In this document: positions 7,313-16,339 of the stretch, in pieces
Numbering within the stretch: the first letter of the stretch is position 1
Layout of the letters: each line of letters starts with the position of its first letter
Assembly: GCF_032079385.1 (NCBI RefSeq)
Contig: NZ_DAMAUC010000003.1
Coordinates: forward strand, 117,119 to 181,118
Origin: Anaerocolumna sp.
GTDB taxonomy: Bacteria > Bacillota > Clostridia > Lachnospirales > Lachnospiraceae
Length of the DNA: 64,000 nt
Direction: 5' to 3'
The notes under the pieces: generated by a model
The model's database searches: none
What the model saw: only the letters and a program-made list of their open reading frames with translations
What the model was told of the DNA's origin: nothing
Translations under genes and position numbers: made by a program

Positions 7313-9379
7313 TTGAAATCTTTAACCGCTATAGAAAGAACTAAAAGCGGTGATTTACAGGTACTAAAAAGCGAAAAATGGCTCAAGTATCTGGCACTAA
7401 CATCAGAGCGCAGTGTTAATCTTGAGCGTCTTAACTCCCTTGAGGAAATTAGGGATAATTATGTACTGAACTATGTGGAAAAAACACTGAAAGCTCTTAC
7501 AACCCTTCAATTAAGTGAATATCAAATATACATAATCGAAGAGACCCTAAAATGGTCTGAAGTTGCAAAGTCCGGGATTATACATCAAAGAAATCAATGG
7601 ATAAAAAGAGGTTACAACCTTTTTGCACATAATGTTGGATCTGCAGAAATCTATCTGGAGGAAGTTTCAGAATTAAAGCCTGAAATCAAAAGGATAGTTC
7701 ACAACCTTATACTGACTCATGGCTTGATAGGACAATACATAAGGGGAGAGATACCACTTTCTGATAATAAACCGTTATATCAGCTTGTTGAAGATGGGAT
7801 TATACCGGCTGACGAACTAAAAGAAATACTAAAGGCACTTAACTATTGTATTGTGATCGCAGTGGATAAAGACATATGGAAAGACATTAGCAAACAGATA
7901 GATGAAATAATTGAAATTATTATTGCCGGAGAATTTGATAAACAGCACGATTTTAAGGCTAAATTAAGACATTTAAGGGCTATTTCTATTAAAAATGGTG
8001 AGGATTTTGAAGCAGAATACGAAAAAGTTCTTTCTGATTCAAAGATAATTGATAAAATATCTTGCCTTTTTAAGGTGGCAGATTTATGGTATGTGGAATC
8101 GGCACTTTTTGATTTTTCATTTGAAGAGTTCATAAAGATATTTTTACTAATTGCACAAGAAGTGGATTTATGCAAAGTGAAACATATCAGCTTTGAATGG
8201 CTAATGAAGTCTATTTACTACCAGCATGAAGGAAAGAAGCGCATTAATATTTATAAAAAACGAATTATTGAAAAGTATCTTTCAGAAATCTCAATACAAG
8301 ATATATTGGAAGGCGACTGTAAAGAAAACCTACATGTTGCTCATGCAGTGATTCACCATGAAAGCTTGGATGATACAGTATTTTTTACCTTCCGATTTTC
8401 GGCAGCTGGCAGTAAACTTATCGAATTCTGTATTGAGGCGGAAAAATCCGATGTGCTGTATGAAAAAGCTATTATCCTGCTATTTGACCTGTTTGGACTA
8501 AGAAGGGACAAATATGACCGCTTTTATGAAGAAGAGAAATACCTGGAAACTATGAACCAGACGGTGGACTACAAAAAGATAATTCTTGATTACATTACCG
8601 GAGATAAGGTCATTGACATAGGTCCTGGAGGCGGAGCCTTGATGGATCTTATTGAAGAAAGGTATCCAGAAAAAAAGGTGTTAGGTGTTGATATAGCACA
8701 GAATGTACTGGATAGTTTAAAAAAGAAAAAACAGCTGGAAAACAGGAAATGGGATGTATTGTATGGTGATGCACTTAATCTGGGACAGTATATTGAGAAA
8801 GGCAGTATTGATACAGTAATCTTTTGTTCCATCCTCCATGAACTGTTCTCCTATATCGAATTTAACGGAAGAAAGTTTAACCATGAAACCTTAGCTGCTG
8901 CATTTAAAAGTGTATTTGAGATTCTGCCAAGAGGCGGGAGGATTATCATCCGTGATGGTATTATGACAGAGCCTGCCGATGAAAAGAGAATAATAAGGTT
9001 TTTATCCGAGGAGGGTATGCAATTCCTGGAAAGGTACGCCAAGGACTTCAAAGGCAGGGAGATTGAGTACGTTGTAGTAGGACAAAACGAAGTATTAATG
9101 CCGATAAATGATGCAATGGAATTCCTTTATACCTATACATGGGGAGAAAAGTCATATGTACATGAAGTAAACGAGCAATTTGGGTATTTTACACCAAGCG
9201 GCTTTAACGAATTTATTACGATGGTATTAGGTGACAATGCTAAAATTGTTGAGTTTAAGCATTTCCTACAGGAAGGATATACAATAGCATTATCTCAAAA
9301 AGTAGAGTTCTTTGATGAAAAAAGAAATCCAACAAGTCTGCCTGACAGTACTTGTATCGTAGTAATTGAGAAGCAATAA
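7313..9379 (+). CDS. Fusion protein: unassigned N-terminal region of about 430 aa plus a C-terminal class I SAM-dependent methyltransferase
   Basis: TTG start 9 nt after the upstream stop; the next in-frame Met is about 300 codons downstream. MTase motif I is VIDIGPGGGALMDL, followed by VLGVDIAQNVL and FCSILHELF. Confidence 0.8.
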   Translation: MKSLTAIERTKSGDLQVLKSEKWLKYLALTSERSVNLERLNSLEEIRDNYVLNYVEKTLKALTTLQLSEYQIYIIEETLKWSEVAKSGIIHQRNQWIKRGYNLFAHNVGSAEIYLEEVSELKPEIKRIVHNLILTHGLIGQYIRGEIPLSDNKPLYQLVEDGIIPADELKEILKALNYCIVIAVDKDIWKDISKQIDEIIEIIIAGEFDKQHDFKAKLRHLRAISIKNGEDFEAEYEKVLSDSKIIDKISCLFKVADLWYVESALFDFSFEEFIKIFLLIAQEVDLCKVKHISFEWLMKSIYYQHEGKKRINIYKKRIIEKYLSEISIQDILEGDCKENLHVAHAVIHHESLDDTVFFTFRFSAAGSKLIEFCIEAEKSDVLYEKAIILLFDLFGLRRDKYDRFYEEEKYLETMNQTVDYKKIILDYITGDKVIDIGPGGGALMDLIEERYPEKKVLGVDIAQNVLDSLKKKKQLENRKWDVLYGDALNLGQYIEKGSIDTVIFCSILHELFSYIEFNGRKFNHETLAAAFKSVFEILPRGGRIIIRDGIMTEPADEKRIIRFLSEEGMQFLERYAKDFKGREIEYVVVGQNEVLMPINDAMEFLYTYTWGEKSYVHEVNEQFGYFTPSGFNEFITMVLGDNAKIVEFKHFLQEGYTIALSQKVEFFDEKRNPTSLPDSTCIVVIEKQ

Positions 9380-9466
9380 ATATTTATGAAACATCAGAGG
9401 CAAGGAGGATAGGGCACTTAAGGTGATCAGCCTAGAGTATATTTATTTATATTAGGACAGAGAAAC

Positions 9467-9628
9467 CAAAGTGCAATCCGGTATCAAAGTGCAATCCAGT
9501 ATCAAAGCGCAATCCGGTATCAAAGTGCAATCCAGTATCAAAGTGCAATCCGGTATCAAAGTGCAATCCAGTATCAAAGTGTAATCCAATATCAAAGTGT
9601 AATACAGTATCAAAGTGCAGCCCAGTAA
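9467..9628. repeat. Tandem repeat, 9 copies of an 18-nt unit CAAAGTGCAATCC(G/A)GTAT
   Basis: Units begin at 9467, 9485, 9503, 9521, 9539, 9557, 9575, 9593 and 9611. Copies 1-6 alternate G/A at position 14. Copies 7-9 are degenerate. Confidence 0.95.
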
Positions 9629-9669
9629 CCAAGGCTTGCCATGCTTTCAAATTAAAGGAGGGACTATTT

Positions 9670-10686
9670 ATGTTCGGATTCAGATTTATTAAGTTCCAAC
9701 CAAGTGAGTATGTTTTAAAGTACAGGAATGGCAAAATAGTAAAGGAAGGTGCAGGAATATCCTTTTACTACTATGCTCCTACTACATCAATTGTTGTTGT
9801 ACCGGTAGGAAGCGTAGATGCTCCTTTTATTTTTGAAGAAGTCACATCAGACTTTCAAACTGTGACAGTTCAAGGACAGATTACATTCAGAATAGTTGAT
9901 CAAAAGAAGATTTCAGGACTTCACAATTATACCCTTGATATGAAAGGCAAAGGATATGCTTCTGATGATCCTCAAAAGCTGCCACAAAGGGTAATAAACA
10001 TAGTAAGAGTATTAACAAAGAAAACCCTGGAGGGTTTGCAGCTAAAAGATGCCATTAAATCCAGTGAAGTTCTTGCAAAAGGGATATTGAAGGAAATTAG
10101 AGAGAATGAGGAAATAAACCTTATTGGAATAGAAATATTAGGTCTTTCCATACTTGCAATCCTTCCCAATAAGGAAACTTCCAGAGCTCTGGAAGCCCAT
10201 GCAAGAGAGCAAATCCTTAAGAAAGCGGATGAGGCCATTTATGAAAGACGGAATGCGTCTATTGAGCAGGAAAGGCGTGTAAAAGAAAATGAATTTAACA
10301 CGGAAGTTGCAATTGAAAATAAGAAAAAACAAGTAAGGGAAGCTCAAATAGAGGCGGAAAGAGCCGTTCAGCAGAAGCAAAATCAACTGAAAGAGGAACA
10401 GATGAATTTTGACACTACTTTGGAGGAGAAGAGAAAAGACCTTATTGATCTCACCGTTTTGAATTCTAAAGCAGAAGCGGATGCAAAAGCCTACGAGCTA
10501 TCTGCAGTTATGAAAGCCATGGAAGGGATAGATCCAAATGTAATACAGTCACTTGCCAGCATAGGTATGCAGCCTAATAAACTTATCGCAATAGCATTCC
10601 AGGAATTAGCTGAGAAAGCAGGGCAGATAGGCCAGCTTAATATTTCTCCTGATCTGCTTCAGGAATTGATGAGGGAACCAAAATAA
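9670..10686 (+). CDS. SPFH/band-7 domain protein with coiled-coil C-terminal half
   Basis: RBS AAGGAGG 9655-9661. FRFIKFQPSEYVLKYRNGKIVKEGAGISFYYYAP..TVQGQITFRIVD is an SPFH-type start. A long Glu/Lys/Ala/Gln-rich helical segment follows. Confidence 0.8.
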   Translation: MFGFRFIKFQPSEYVLKYRNGKIVKEGAGISFYYYAPTTSIVVVPVGSVDAPFIFEEVTSDFQTVTVQGQITFRIVDQKKISGLHNYTLDMKGKGYASDDPQKLPQRVINIVRVLTKKTLEGLQLKDAIKSSEVLAKGILKEIRENEEINLIGIEILGLSILAILPNKETSRALEAHAREQILKKADEAIYERRNASIEQERRVKENEFNTEVAIENKKKQVREAQIEAERAVQQKQNQLKEEQMNFDTTLEEKRKDLIDLTVLNSKAEADAKAYELSAVMKAMEGIDPNVIQSLASIGMQPNKLIAIAFQELAEKAGQIGQLNISPDLLQELMREPK

Positions 10687-10688
10687 TT

Positions 10689-11627
10689 ATGGAAAGATTA
10701 ACTGAGAATAAGATAGTACTGGTAAAAAGAAAAACCAGGCTTGAAGATTTAGTTGCAAGGTATAATACCATAGCTCAGGCAAAGTTTTATATTGAACATA
10801 TGGGTAGTGATTTTTCAGATTATATTTCTGAAGATGAGCAGTATAAGAAGGCTATATCGGAAGCTCATAGCCAATTAGAGACACTGGGAAGAGTTCAGGT
10901 TGTTGATAGGGAATATGTGCCGAATTTTATATTCGGGGATAATGATATTGTAGTAGTTATTGGCCAGGATGGTCTTGTAGCCAATACCTTAAAGTACCTT
11001 TCCAATCAGCAGCTGATCGGAGTAAATCCGGACCCTGCCAGGTGGGATGGCGTATTGCTTCCATTTACAGTTAACGAATTAAAATTGATAATCCAGGATG
11101 TTTTCAAGAAGAGAAGACCGATTAAAGAGGTTTCTATGGCTCAGGCTGCTTTAAATGATGGTCAGATTATTTATGCTGTGAATGATCTGTTCATTGGGCA
11201 ACGGACCCATATATCTTCAAAATATCATATCCAATTGGGGGAACGGCAGGAATATCAGTCTTCAAGCGGAATTATTGTATCAACAGGACTTGGTTCAACG
11301 GGTTGGTTGAAGAGTATCCTAACAGGTGCAGCAAACATAGTAAAGGGAATCTCAGATCAGAAAATCAAGGTACCGCAGGAAAGAAGGTTGCCATGGAATA
11401 GTGATTACTTATATTTTTCTGTCCGTGAACCTTTTCCAAGCAAAACATCTGGTGCAGATCTTGTCTTTGGAAAAGTCACCAAAGGAAGTCCTTTGAAGAT
11501 ATTATCTCAAATGCCGGAAAACGGAGTAATATTCAGTGATGGTATTGAAAATGACTACCTTCAGTTTAACTCGGGTATACAAGCAACTATTACAATTGCT
11601 GAAAAGAGAGGACATTTAGTAATATGA
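10689..11627 (+). CDS. NAD-kinase-fold (ATP-NAD kinase / sugar-kinase-like) protein
   Basis: The start lies 2 nt after the SPFH stop. DIVVVIGQDGLVANT is a GGDG-like motif with Gln. The other motifs are AVNDLFIG and SSSGIIVSTGLGSTGWLKS (STPTGSTAY-like). Confidence 0.75.
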   Translation: MERLTENKIVLVKRKTRLEDLVARYNTIAQAKFYIEHMGSDFSDYISEDEQYKKAISEAHSQLETLGRVQVVDREYVPNFIFGDNDIVVVIGQDGLVANTLKYLSNQQLIGVNPDPARWDGVLLPFTVNELKLIIQDVFKKRRPIKEVSMAQAALNDGQIIYAVNDLFIGQRTHISSKYHIQLGERQEYQSSSGIIVSTGLGSTGWLKSILTGAANIVKGISDQKIKVPQERRLPWNSDYLYFSVREPFPSKTSGADLVFGKVTKGSPLKILSQMPENGVIFSDGIENDYLQFNSGIQATITIAEKRGHLVI

Positions 11628-11780
11628 AAGCTAGGACATAATGCTTGTAAAGATAAATATATTTTGAAAACCTGATGGGAAAATAAAATAGCACGAATCA
11701 TACAAAGATAAACACCCTAATAGTACCCAAGTCTTACCGGATCAGGATTCTCTTCTGATGATAATAATGATTAGCTAACA

Positions 11781-12051
11781 TATGAATTTTTAACTCCTAA
11801 ACGTATTACTAAATATACAATCGTTACCAGCGAATTAGACGTGCTAAGTGTCAATCGGGCTCCTAGAACCTGGACGAATGAAGCTTGGGATGAAGGTTCA
11901 AGTAAATAGATTAAAAGATATGGGATTATGTTACAGCAGCACTTCATAGCGCTTACCATCTTGAGATTGTTTATATGAAAATGATGGAGACGTTTCAGCA
12001 CCATCTAACTTAACGGCCACTGCAGGAGATTTTTATTATAACTTATCTTAA
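11781..12051 (+). pseudogene. Decayed fragment of a discoidin (F5/8 type C / CBM32)-FN3-type surface protein
   Basis: YEFLTPKRITKYTIVTSELDVLSVNRAPRTWTNEAWDEGSSK* (11781-11909) resembles the core of a discoidin domain. A second frame reads APSNLTATAGDFYYNLS* (11998-12051), an FN3-start-like sequence. Stops occur in all frames. Confidence 0.35.
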
Positions 12052-12495
12052 AGGAAATGTAATTGTACTTTTACGAGAGATTAGATGAATTTATTCTGTT
12101 CGGTTACGGATGGAGTAATGCTATGTAAGTTTATGGGAAATAAAAATGGGTTGTGCAAAGGAGGTTGTAATTTGGAAAAAAGGCATACTCTCGATAAAAC
12201 TCAGCCAGAAAATAGCTTAAGACGAAACGGAAGATGTGCTGGAATATTTATGCTTCTATGATATACTAAAAGGGTATAAAAGATTTTAATAATTAAAAGA
12301 TGAAATAAAATTATACGACTCACAATGGAGAAAATTGGCAATAAATGTATAATTGGATGGTTTTATTGAATCGATAGAAGTAATTAATTTTGCCTAAAGA
12401 ATGTTTCATAGAAAAATGAGGAATTTATAACTGATGAGGTAAAAGAAGAATATACCTTTTAACAAAGGTCATTGGATGTAAAAGGAGAGCTTAAA

Positions 12496-14106
12496 ATGAG
12501 TGAAAGTACAAAAGATTTAAAAACAGCACTGTGGAATAGTGCCAATGTAATGAGGGGAACAATGGGGGCTGAAGATTATAAAAGTTATCTTTTAGGACTT
12601 ATCTTCTATAAATATCTATCTGATAAATTGCTTTATAGCTTAGTGGATTTATTGGATGAAAAAGCGAATACACTGGATGAAGCATTAGAGATTTATAGGA
12701 TCAATTACGAAGATGAAAGCATGAGAGATGACCTTGTCTCTGAATTAAAACATCAAATATCCTATGTTTTAAAACCAGACCTGACTTTTACTGCTTTGAT
12801 TAATAAGATAAATGATAATACTTTTCAGCTGGAAGAACTATCTCAAGGATTTAGAGATATTGAACAATCAGATGAGACATTTAAAGACTTATTTCAGGAT
12901 TTAGATATTTATTCAACAAAACTTGGAAATACACCACAGAAAAGAAATCAAATGCTTTCTAATGTAATGAAAGAGTTGTCGAAGATTAATATTGCCGTTC
13001 ATGAAGGTGATATGTTAGGTGATGCGTATGAGTATTTGATAGGTGAATTTGCAAGCGATACAGGAAAGAAGGCCGGCGAGTTCTATACACCACAACCGGT
13101 CTCAAAATTAATGACCCAAATCGTTTTCATTGGTAAAAGAGATGTGTCGGGCTTTACGATATATGATGCTGCCATGGGTTCAGGCTCTCTTATGCTAAAT
13201 GCCAAGAAGTATTCTAACGAAGCAAATACAGTAACATATTTTGGACAAGAGTTAAACACATCAACTTACAATCTTGCACGAATGAACATGATACTTCATG
13301 GAGTACCTGTTGAAAATCAAAATCTTCATAATGGAGATACTCTTGATAAGGATTGGCCGATTGATGAACCTACAAATTTTGACGCAGTTGTAATGAACCC
13401 GCCCTACTCCGCGAATTGGAGTGCGGACAAAGGATTTATGACAGATCCTAGATTTAGTATGTATGGAGCACTTCCACCAAAATCCAAAGCTGATTATGCA
13501 TTTTTGCTGCACGGATTCTACCACCTTAAAAATACTGGTGTAATGGCTATTGTTTTGCCTCATGGTGTTTTGTTTAGAGGAAATGCCGAAGGGAAGATTC
13601 GCCAAAAACTTTTAGAAGATGGCGCAATCGATACTGTTATTGGAATGCCAGCAGGCATCTTCTACAATACAAGTATTCCTACTACTGTAATTATTCTTAA
13701 GAAGAAAGATCGTGAAAAGCGGGATGTACTATTTATTGATGCTTCAAATGAATTTACAAAGGGTAAAGCGCAAAATACAATGAGTAACGAGCATTTAGAT
13801 AAGATTCTTGATGCGTATATAAAAAGGGAAAATATTGATAAATTTGCTTCTTTGGCTTCTTTTGATAAAATAAAGGATAACGGCTTCAATCTAAATATTC
13901 CTCGCTATGTAGATACTTTTGAGGAAGAAGAACCAATAGATTTAGGTGAAGTTGCGGCAGAGATTTCAAAAATAACAAAAGATATAAAGAGCTCACAAGA
14001 ATCACTATTATATATGCTTCAAGAACTAGTTGGTAATGATGATGAAGCAAAAGCAGAACTGAAAAGTGCTATTAGCAATTTAATGGACGGAGATTTGGAA
14101 AGATAG
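12496..14106 (+). CDS. hsdM: Type I restriction-modification system methyltransferase subunit
   Basis: RBS AAAGGAG 12481-12487 then ATG 12496; the ORF track starts 8 codons earlier, at 12472. Motif I is YDAAMGSGSLML and motif IV is VVMNPPYSANW. The N-terminal HsdM-N-like sequence is LWNSANVMRG. Confidence 0.95.
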   Translation: MSESTKDLKTALWNSANVMRGTMGAEDYKSYLLGLIFYKYLSDKLLYSLVDLLDEKANTLDEALEIYRINYEDESMRDDLVSELKHQISYVLKPDLTFTALINKINDNTFQLEELSQGFRDIEQSDETFKDLFQDLDIYSTKLGNTPQKRNQMLSNVMKELSKINIAVHEGDMLGDAYEYLIGEFASDTGKKAGEFYTPQPVSKLMTQIVFIGKRDVSGFTIYDAAMGSGSLMLNAKKYSNEANTVTYFGQELNTSTYNLARMNMILHGVPVENQNLHNGDTLDKDWPIDEPTNFDAVVMNPPYSANWSADKGFMTDPRFSMYGALPPKSKADYAFLLHGFYHLKNTGVMAIVLPHGVLFRGNAEGKIRQKLLEDGAIDTVIGMPAGIFYNTSIPTTVIILKKKDREKRDVLFIDASNEFTKGKAQNTMSNEHLDKILDAYIKRENIDKFASLASFDKIKDNGFNLNIPRYVDTFEEEEPIDLGEVAAEISKITKDIKSSQESLLYMLQELVGNDDEAKAELKSAISNLMDGDLER

Positions 14107-14112
14107 AAGGGG

Positions 14113-15282
14113 ATGGTGAGAAACATGGATAATGGTATGATACCGAAGATAAGATTTAGGGGGTTTACTGACGCTTGGGAACAGCGTAAGTTGGAGGACT
14201 ATATTAACGTATCGAGGTCAAAAAATAAAGATGAGCAGTACGACAAAGAAGATGTTTTATCCGTTTCGGGAGATTTTGGAATTATAAATCAGATTGAGCT
14301 CCAAGGTAGATCTTTTGCTGGCGAATCAGTTGCAAATTATGGCGTAGTAGAAACTGGTGATATCGTTTATACCAAATCACCACTAAAGTCTAATCCATAT
14401 GGTATAATCAAGGCAAATAAAGGAGCTACGGGTATTGTATCGACTTTGTATGCTGTATATAAACCCAAAGAATTTACTGATTCAGAATTCGTCCAAGTGT
14501 ATTTTGAACAAAATACAAGAATAAATAATTATATGAAACCACTTGTAAATAAGGGTGCAAAAAATGATATGAAGGTATCTGATGAGAATGCGTTAAAAGG
14601 AGAAGTTATTTTTCCAGGTTTAGAAGAACAGAAGATGATTTCGAAAATTTTTAGAGTGTTGGATAACCTTATCGCTCTTCATCAGCGAAAATTAGATAGG
14701 CTAAAGCAGATGAAACAGGGATATTTGCAGAAAATGTTTCCGAGAAATGGGGAAAGTGTACCGAGATTGCGTTTCACTGACTTTGAAGGGAAATGGGAAC
14801 AGCGTAAGTTGGGAGAAATTTGTAAAGTAAACTCAGGAAGAGATTATAAACATCTAAATGAAGGGAATATTCCTGTTTATGGAACAGGTGGCTACATGTT
14901 ATCTGTAGATGATAAATTATCAGATATTGATGGTATTGGAATTGGTCGAAAAGGAACAATAGATAACCCCCAATATTTGAAAGCTCCATTTTGGACTGTC
15001 GATACTTTATTTTATATGACATCTATGCCTAATAACGACTTAAAGTTTTTATTTTCATTATCTCAAAATATTGGGTGGAAAAAAATGGACGAATCAACCG
15101 GTGTTCCAAGTTTATCTAAATCTTCCATTGAAAAAATTAATTGCTCATACCCTTCTATGGAAGAGCAACAAAAAATTGGAGCTTTTTTCGATCTAATAGA
15201 TAAGACTATAATCTTTCAACAAGCACAATTGGATAAGTTTAAATTACTCAAAAAGGCTTATTTGCAAAAAATGTTTACCTAA
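14113..15282 (+). CDS. hsdS: Type I R-M specificity subunit (expressed copy, two TRDs)
   Basis: Two TRDs are separated by the conserved LHQRKLDRLKQMKQGYLQKMFP region. The protein ends in LKKAYLQKMFT. The gene sits immediately after hsdM. Confidence 0.95.
   Translation: MVRNMDNGMIPKIRFRGFTDAWEQRKLEDYINVSRSKNKDEQYDKEDVLSVSGDFGIINQIELQGRSFAGESVANYGVVETGDIVYTKSPLKSNPYGIIKANKGATGIVSTLYAVYKPKEFTDSEFVQVYFEQNTRINNYMKPLVNKGAKNDMKVSDENALKGEVIFPGLEEQKMISKIFRVLDNLIALHQRKLDRLKQMKQGYLQKMFPRNGESVPRLRFTDFEGKWEQRKLGEICKVNSGRDYKHLNEGNIPVYGTGGYMLSVDDKLSDIDGIGIGRKGTIDNPQYLKAPFWTVDTLFYMTSMPNNDLKFLFSLSQNIGWKKMDESTGVPSLSKSSIEKINCSYPSMEEQQKIGAFFDLIDKTIIFQQAQLDKFKLLKKAYLQKMFT
14172..14190. repeat. IR-C, 5' conserved hsdS segment (partner 17456-17474)
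   Basis: CGCTTGGGAACAGCGTAAG is the perfect reverse complement of 17456-17474 (19/19). Confidence 0.85.
14677..14813. repeat. IR-A, central conserved hsdS region (partner 16863-16999)
   Basis: Inverted match of 125/137 by hand alignment. It includes a perfect 47-nt core, 14677-14723 against 16953-16999. Confidence 0.9.
15246..15278. repeat. IR-B, 3' conserved hsdS end (partner 16344-16376)
   Basis: ACTCAAAAAGGCTTATTTGCAAAAAATGTTTAC compared with the reverse complement of 16344-16376 gives 30/33. Confidence 0.8.
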
Positions 15283-15361
15283 CCTCTTTTCAATTTAGAA
15301 AAAATTCTTAATAATAGATAATTGTGATATATTCGCTAAATATTATTAGGAGGTTTTTTAC

Positions 15362-16294
15362 ATGGCAAGAAAGAAAAAAACATCACAATTATTTCATGAA
15401 TATTTTGGAGAGTGGATTGAACTTTATAAGGTTGGTGCAATTCGGTCTGTTACCTTAAAAAAATATTATATGAGCAAGCAACGGATCATAGAGTTAGCAC
15501 CTGACTTAAAAGTTCATGATTTAACTCGAAAAACTTATCAAAAGTTACTGAACGACTATGCACTCACTCATGAAAAGCAGACAACTATGGACTTTCATCA
15601 TCAGTTAAAAGGAGCTATTCTTGATGCAATAGAGGAGGGGATGATCGAACAAGATCCAACTCGAAAAGTGATTGTTAAAGGTAAAATACCTAAAGAGAAA
15701 AAGCCAAAATTTTTAAATCAGTTTGAAGTACAAGCTTTGCTCAAGCAATTAAATCTAGCTAATGAGATTAATTGGGATTGGTTCATTTTTTTAATAGTAA
15801 AAACAGGTATGCGCTTTTCAGAGGCTTTGGCGCTTACACCTGATGATTTCGATTTTTCAACTCAAAAAATAACAATTGGAAAAACTTGGAACTATAAATC
15901 TCTTAAAGGAGGATTTCAACCAACTAAAAACAAATCATCAAAAAGGAAAATTCAGTTAGATTGGCAAACTGCGATGCATTTCTCAGGACTTATAAAACAC
16001 ATGCCAAATGACAAACCCATTTTTGTAAAAGGACGTGTTTTTAACTCGACAGTAAACAATCGATTGCAAACACTTTGTAGCAAAGCAGATATTTCAAATA
16101 TAACAATTCATGGTTTACGTCATACCCACGCTTCTCTACTTCTTTTTGCAGGTGTTTCCATTGCCAGCGTTGCTAGAAGGTTAGGGCATTCCAGTATGTC
16201 TACAACACAAGAAACTTATTTACATATTATTCGTGAACTTGAAAATCAAGATAATGATAAGATTATGCGACACCTATCGGCGCTGATGTATTAG
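15362..16294 (+). CDS. Tyrosine site-specific recombinase (hsdS shufflon invertase)
   Basis: Motifs TGMRFSEAL, HGLRHTHASLLL and GHSSMSTTQETYLH (R..HxxR..Y catalytic set). It lies between oppositely oriented hsdS copies. Confidence 0.9.
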   Translation: MARKKKTSQLFHEYFGEWIELYKVGAIRSVTLKKYYMSKQRIIELAPDLKVHDLTRKTYQKLLNDYALTHEKQTTMDFHHQLKGAILDAIEEGMIEQDPTRKVIVKGKIPKEKKPKFLNQFEVQALLKQLNLANEINWDWFIFLIVKTGMRFSEALALTPDDFDFSTQKITIGKTWNYKSLKGGFQPTKNKSSKRKIQLDWQTAMHFSGLIKHMPNDKPIFVKGRVFNSTVNNRLQTLCSKADISNITIHGLRHTHASLLLFAGVSIASVARRLGHSSMSTTQETYLHIIRELENQDNDKIMRHLSALMY

Positions 16295-16339
16295 TTAGTA
16301 CGAAAAAGGCACTTATTTTGTGCCTTTTTCATATTAGTA

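Noticed and set aside
7843-8175. Antisense ORFs inside long CDSs (also 13261-13605, 32324-32749, 38900-39196, 47174-47536 and 50457-50789)
   Set aside because: Each is fully embedded opposite a motif-supported gene and has no independent support.
9467-9628. CRISPR array
   Set aside because: The repeats are directly abutting with no spacers and the unit is only 18 nt. No cas genes are in the window.
9436-9669. Possible N-terminal extension of the SPFH protein through the repeat (..KCNPVSKCNPVSK.. in frame with ATG 9670)
   Set aside because: The frame is open from 9436 but contains no ATG, GTG or TTG. A strong AAGGAGG RBS sits 8 nt before ATG 9670, so the repeat is most likely untranslated.
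9447-9734. 95-aa minus-strand ORF encoding (GLHFDT)n
   Set aside because: It is a translation artefact of the 18-nt (6-codon) tandem repeat, which is stop-free in several frames. It has no RBS and overlaps the SPFH start region.
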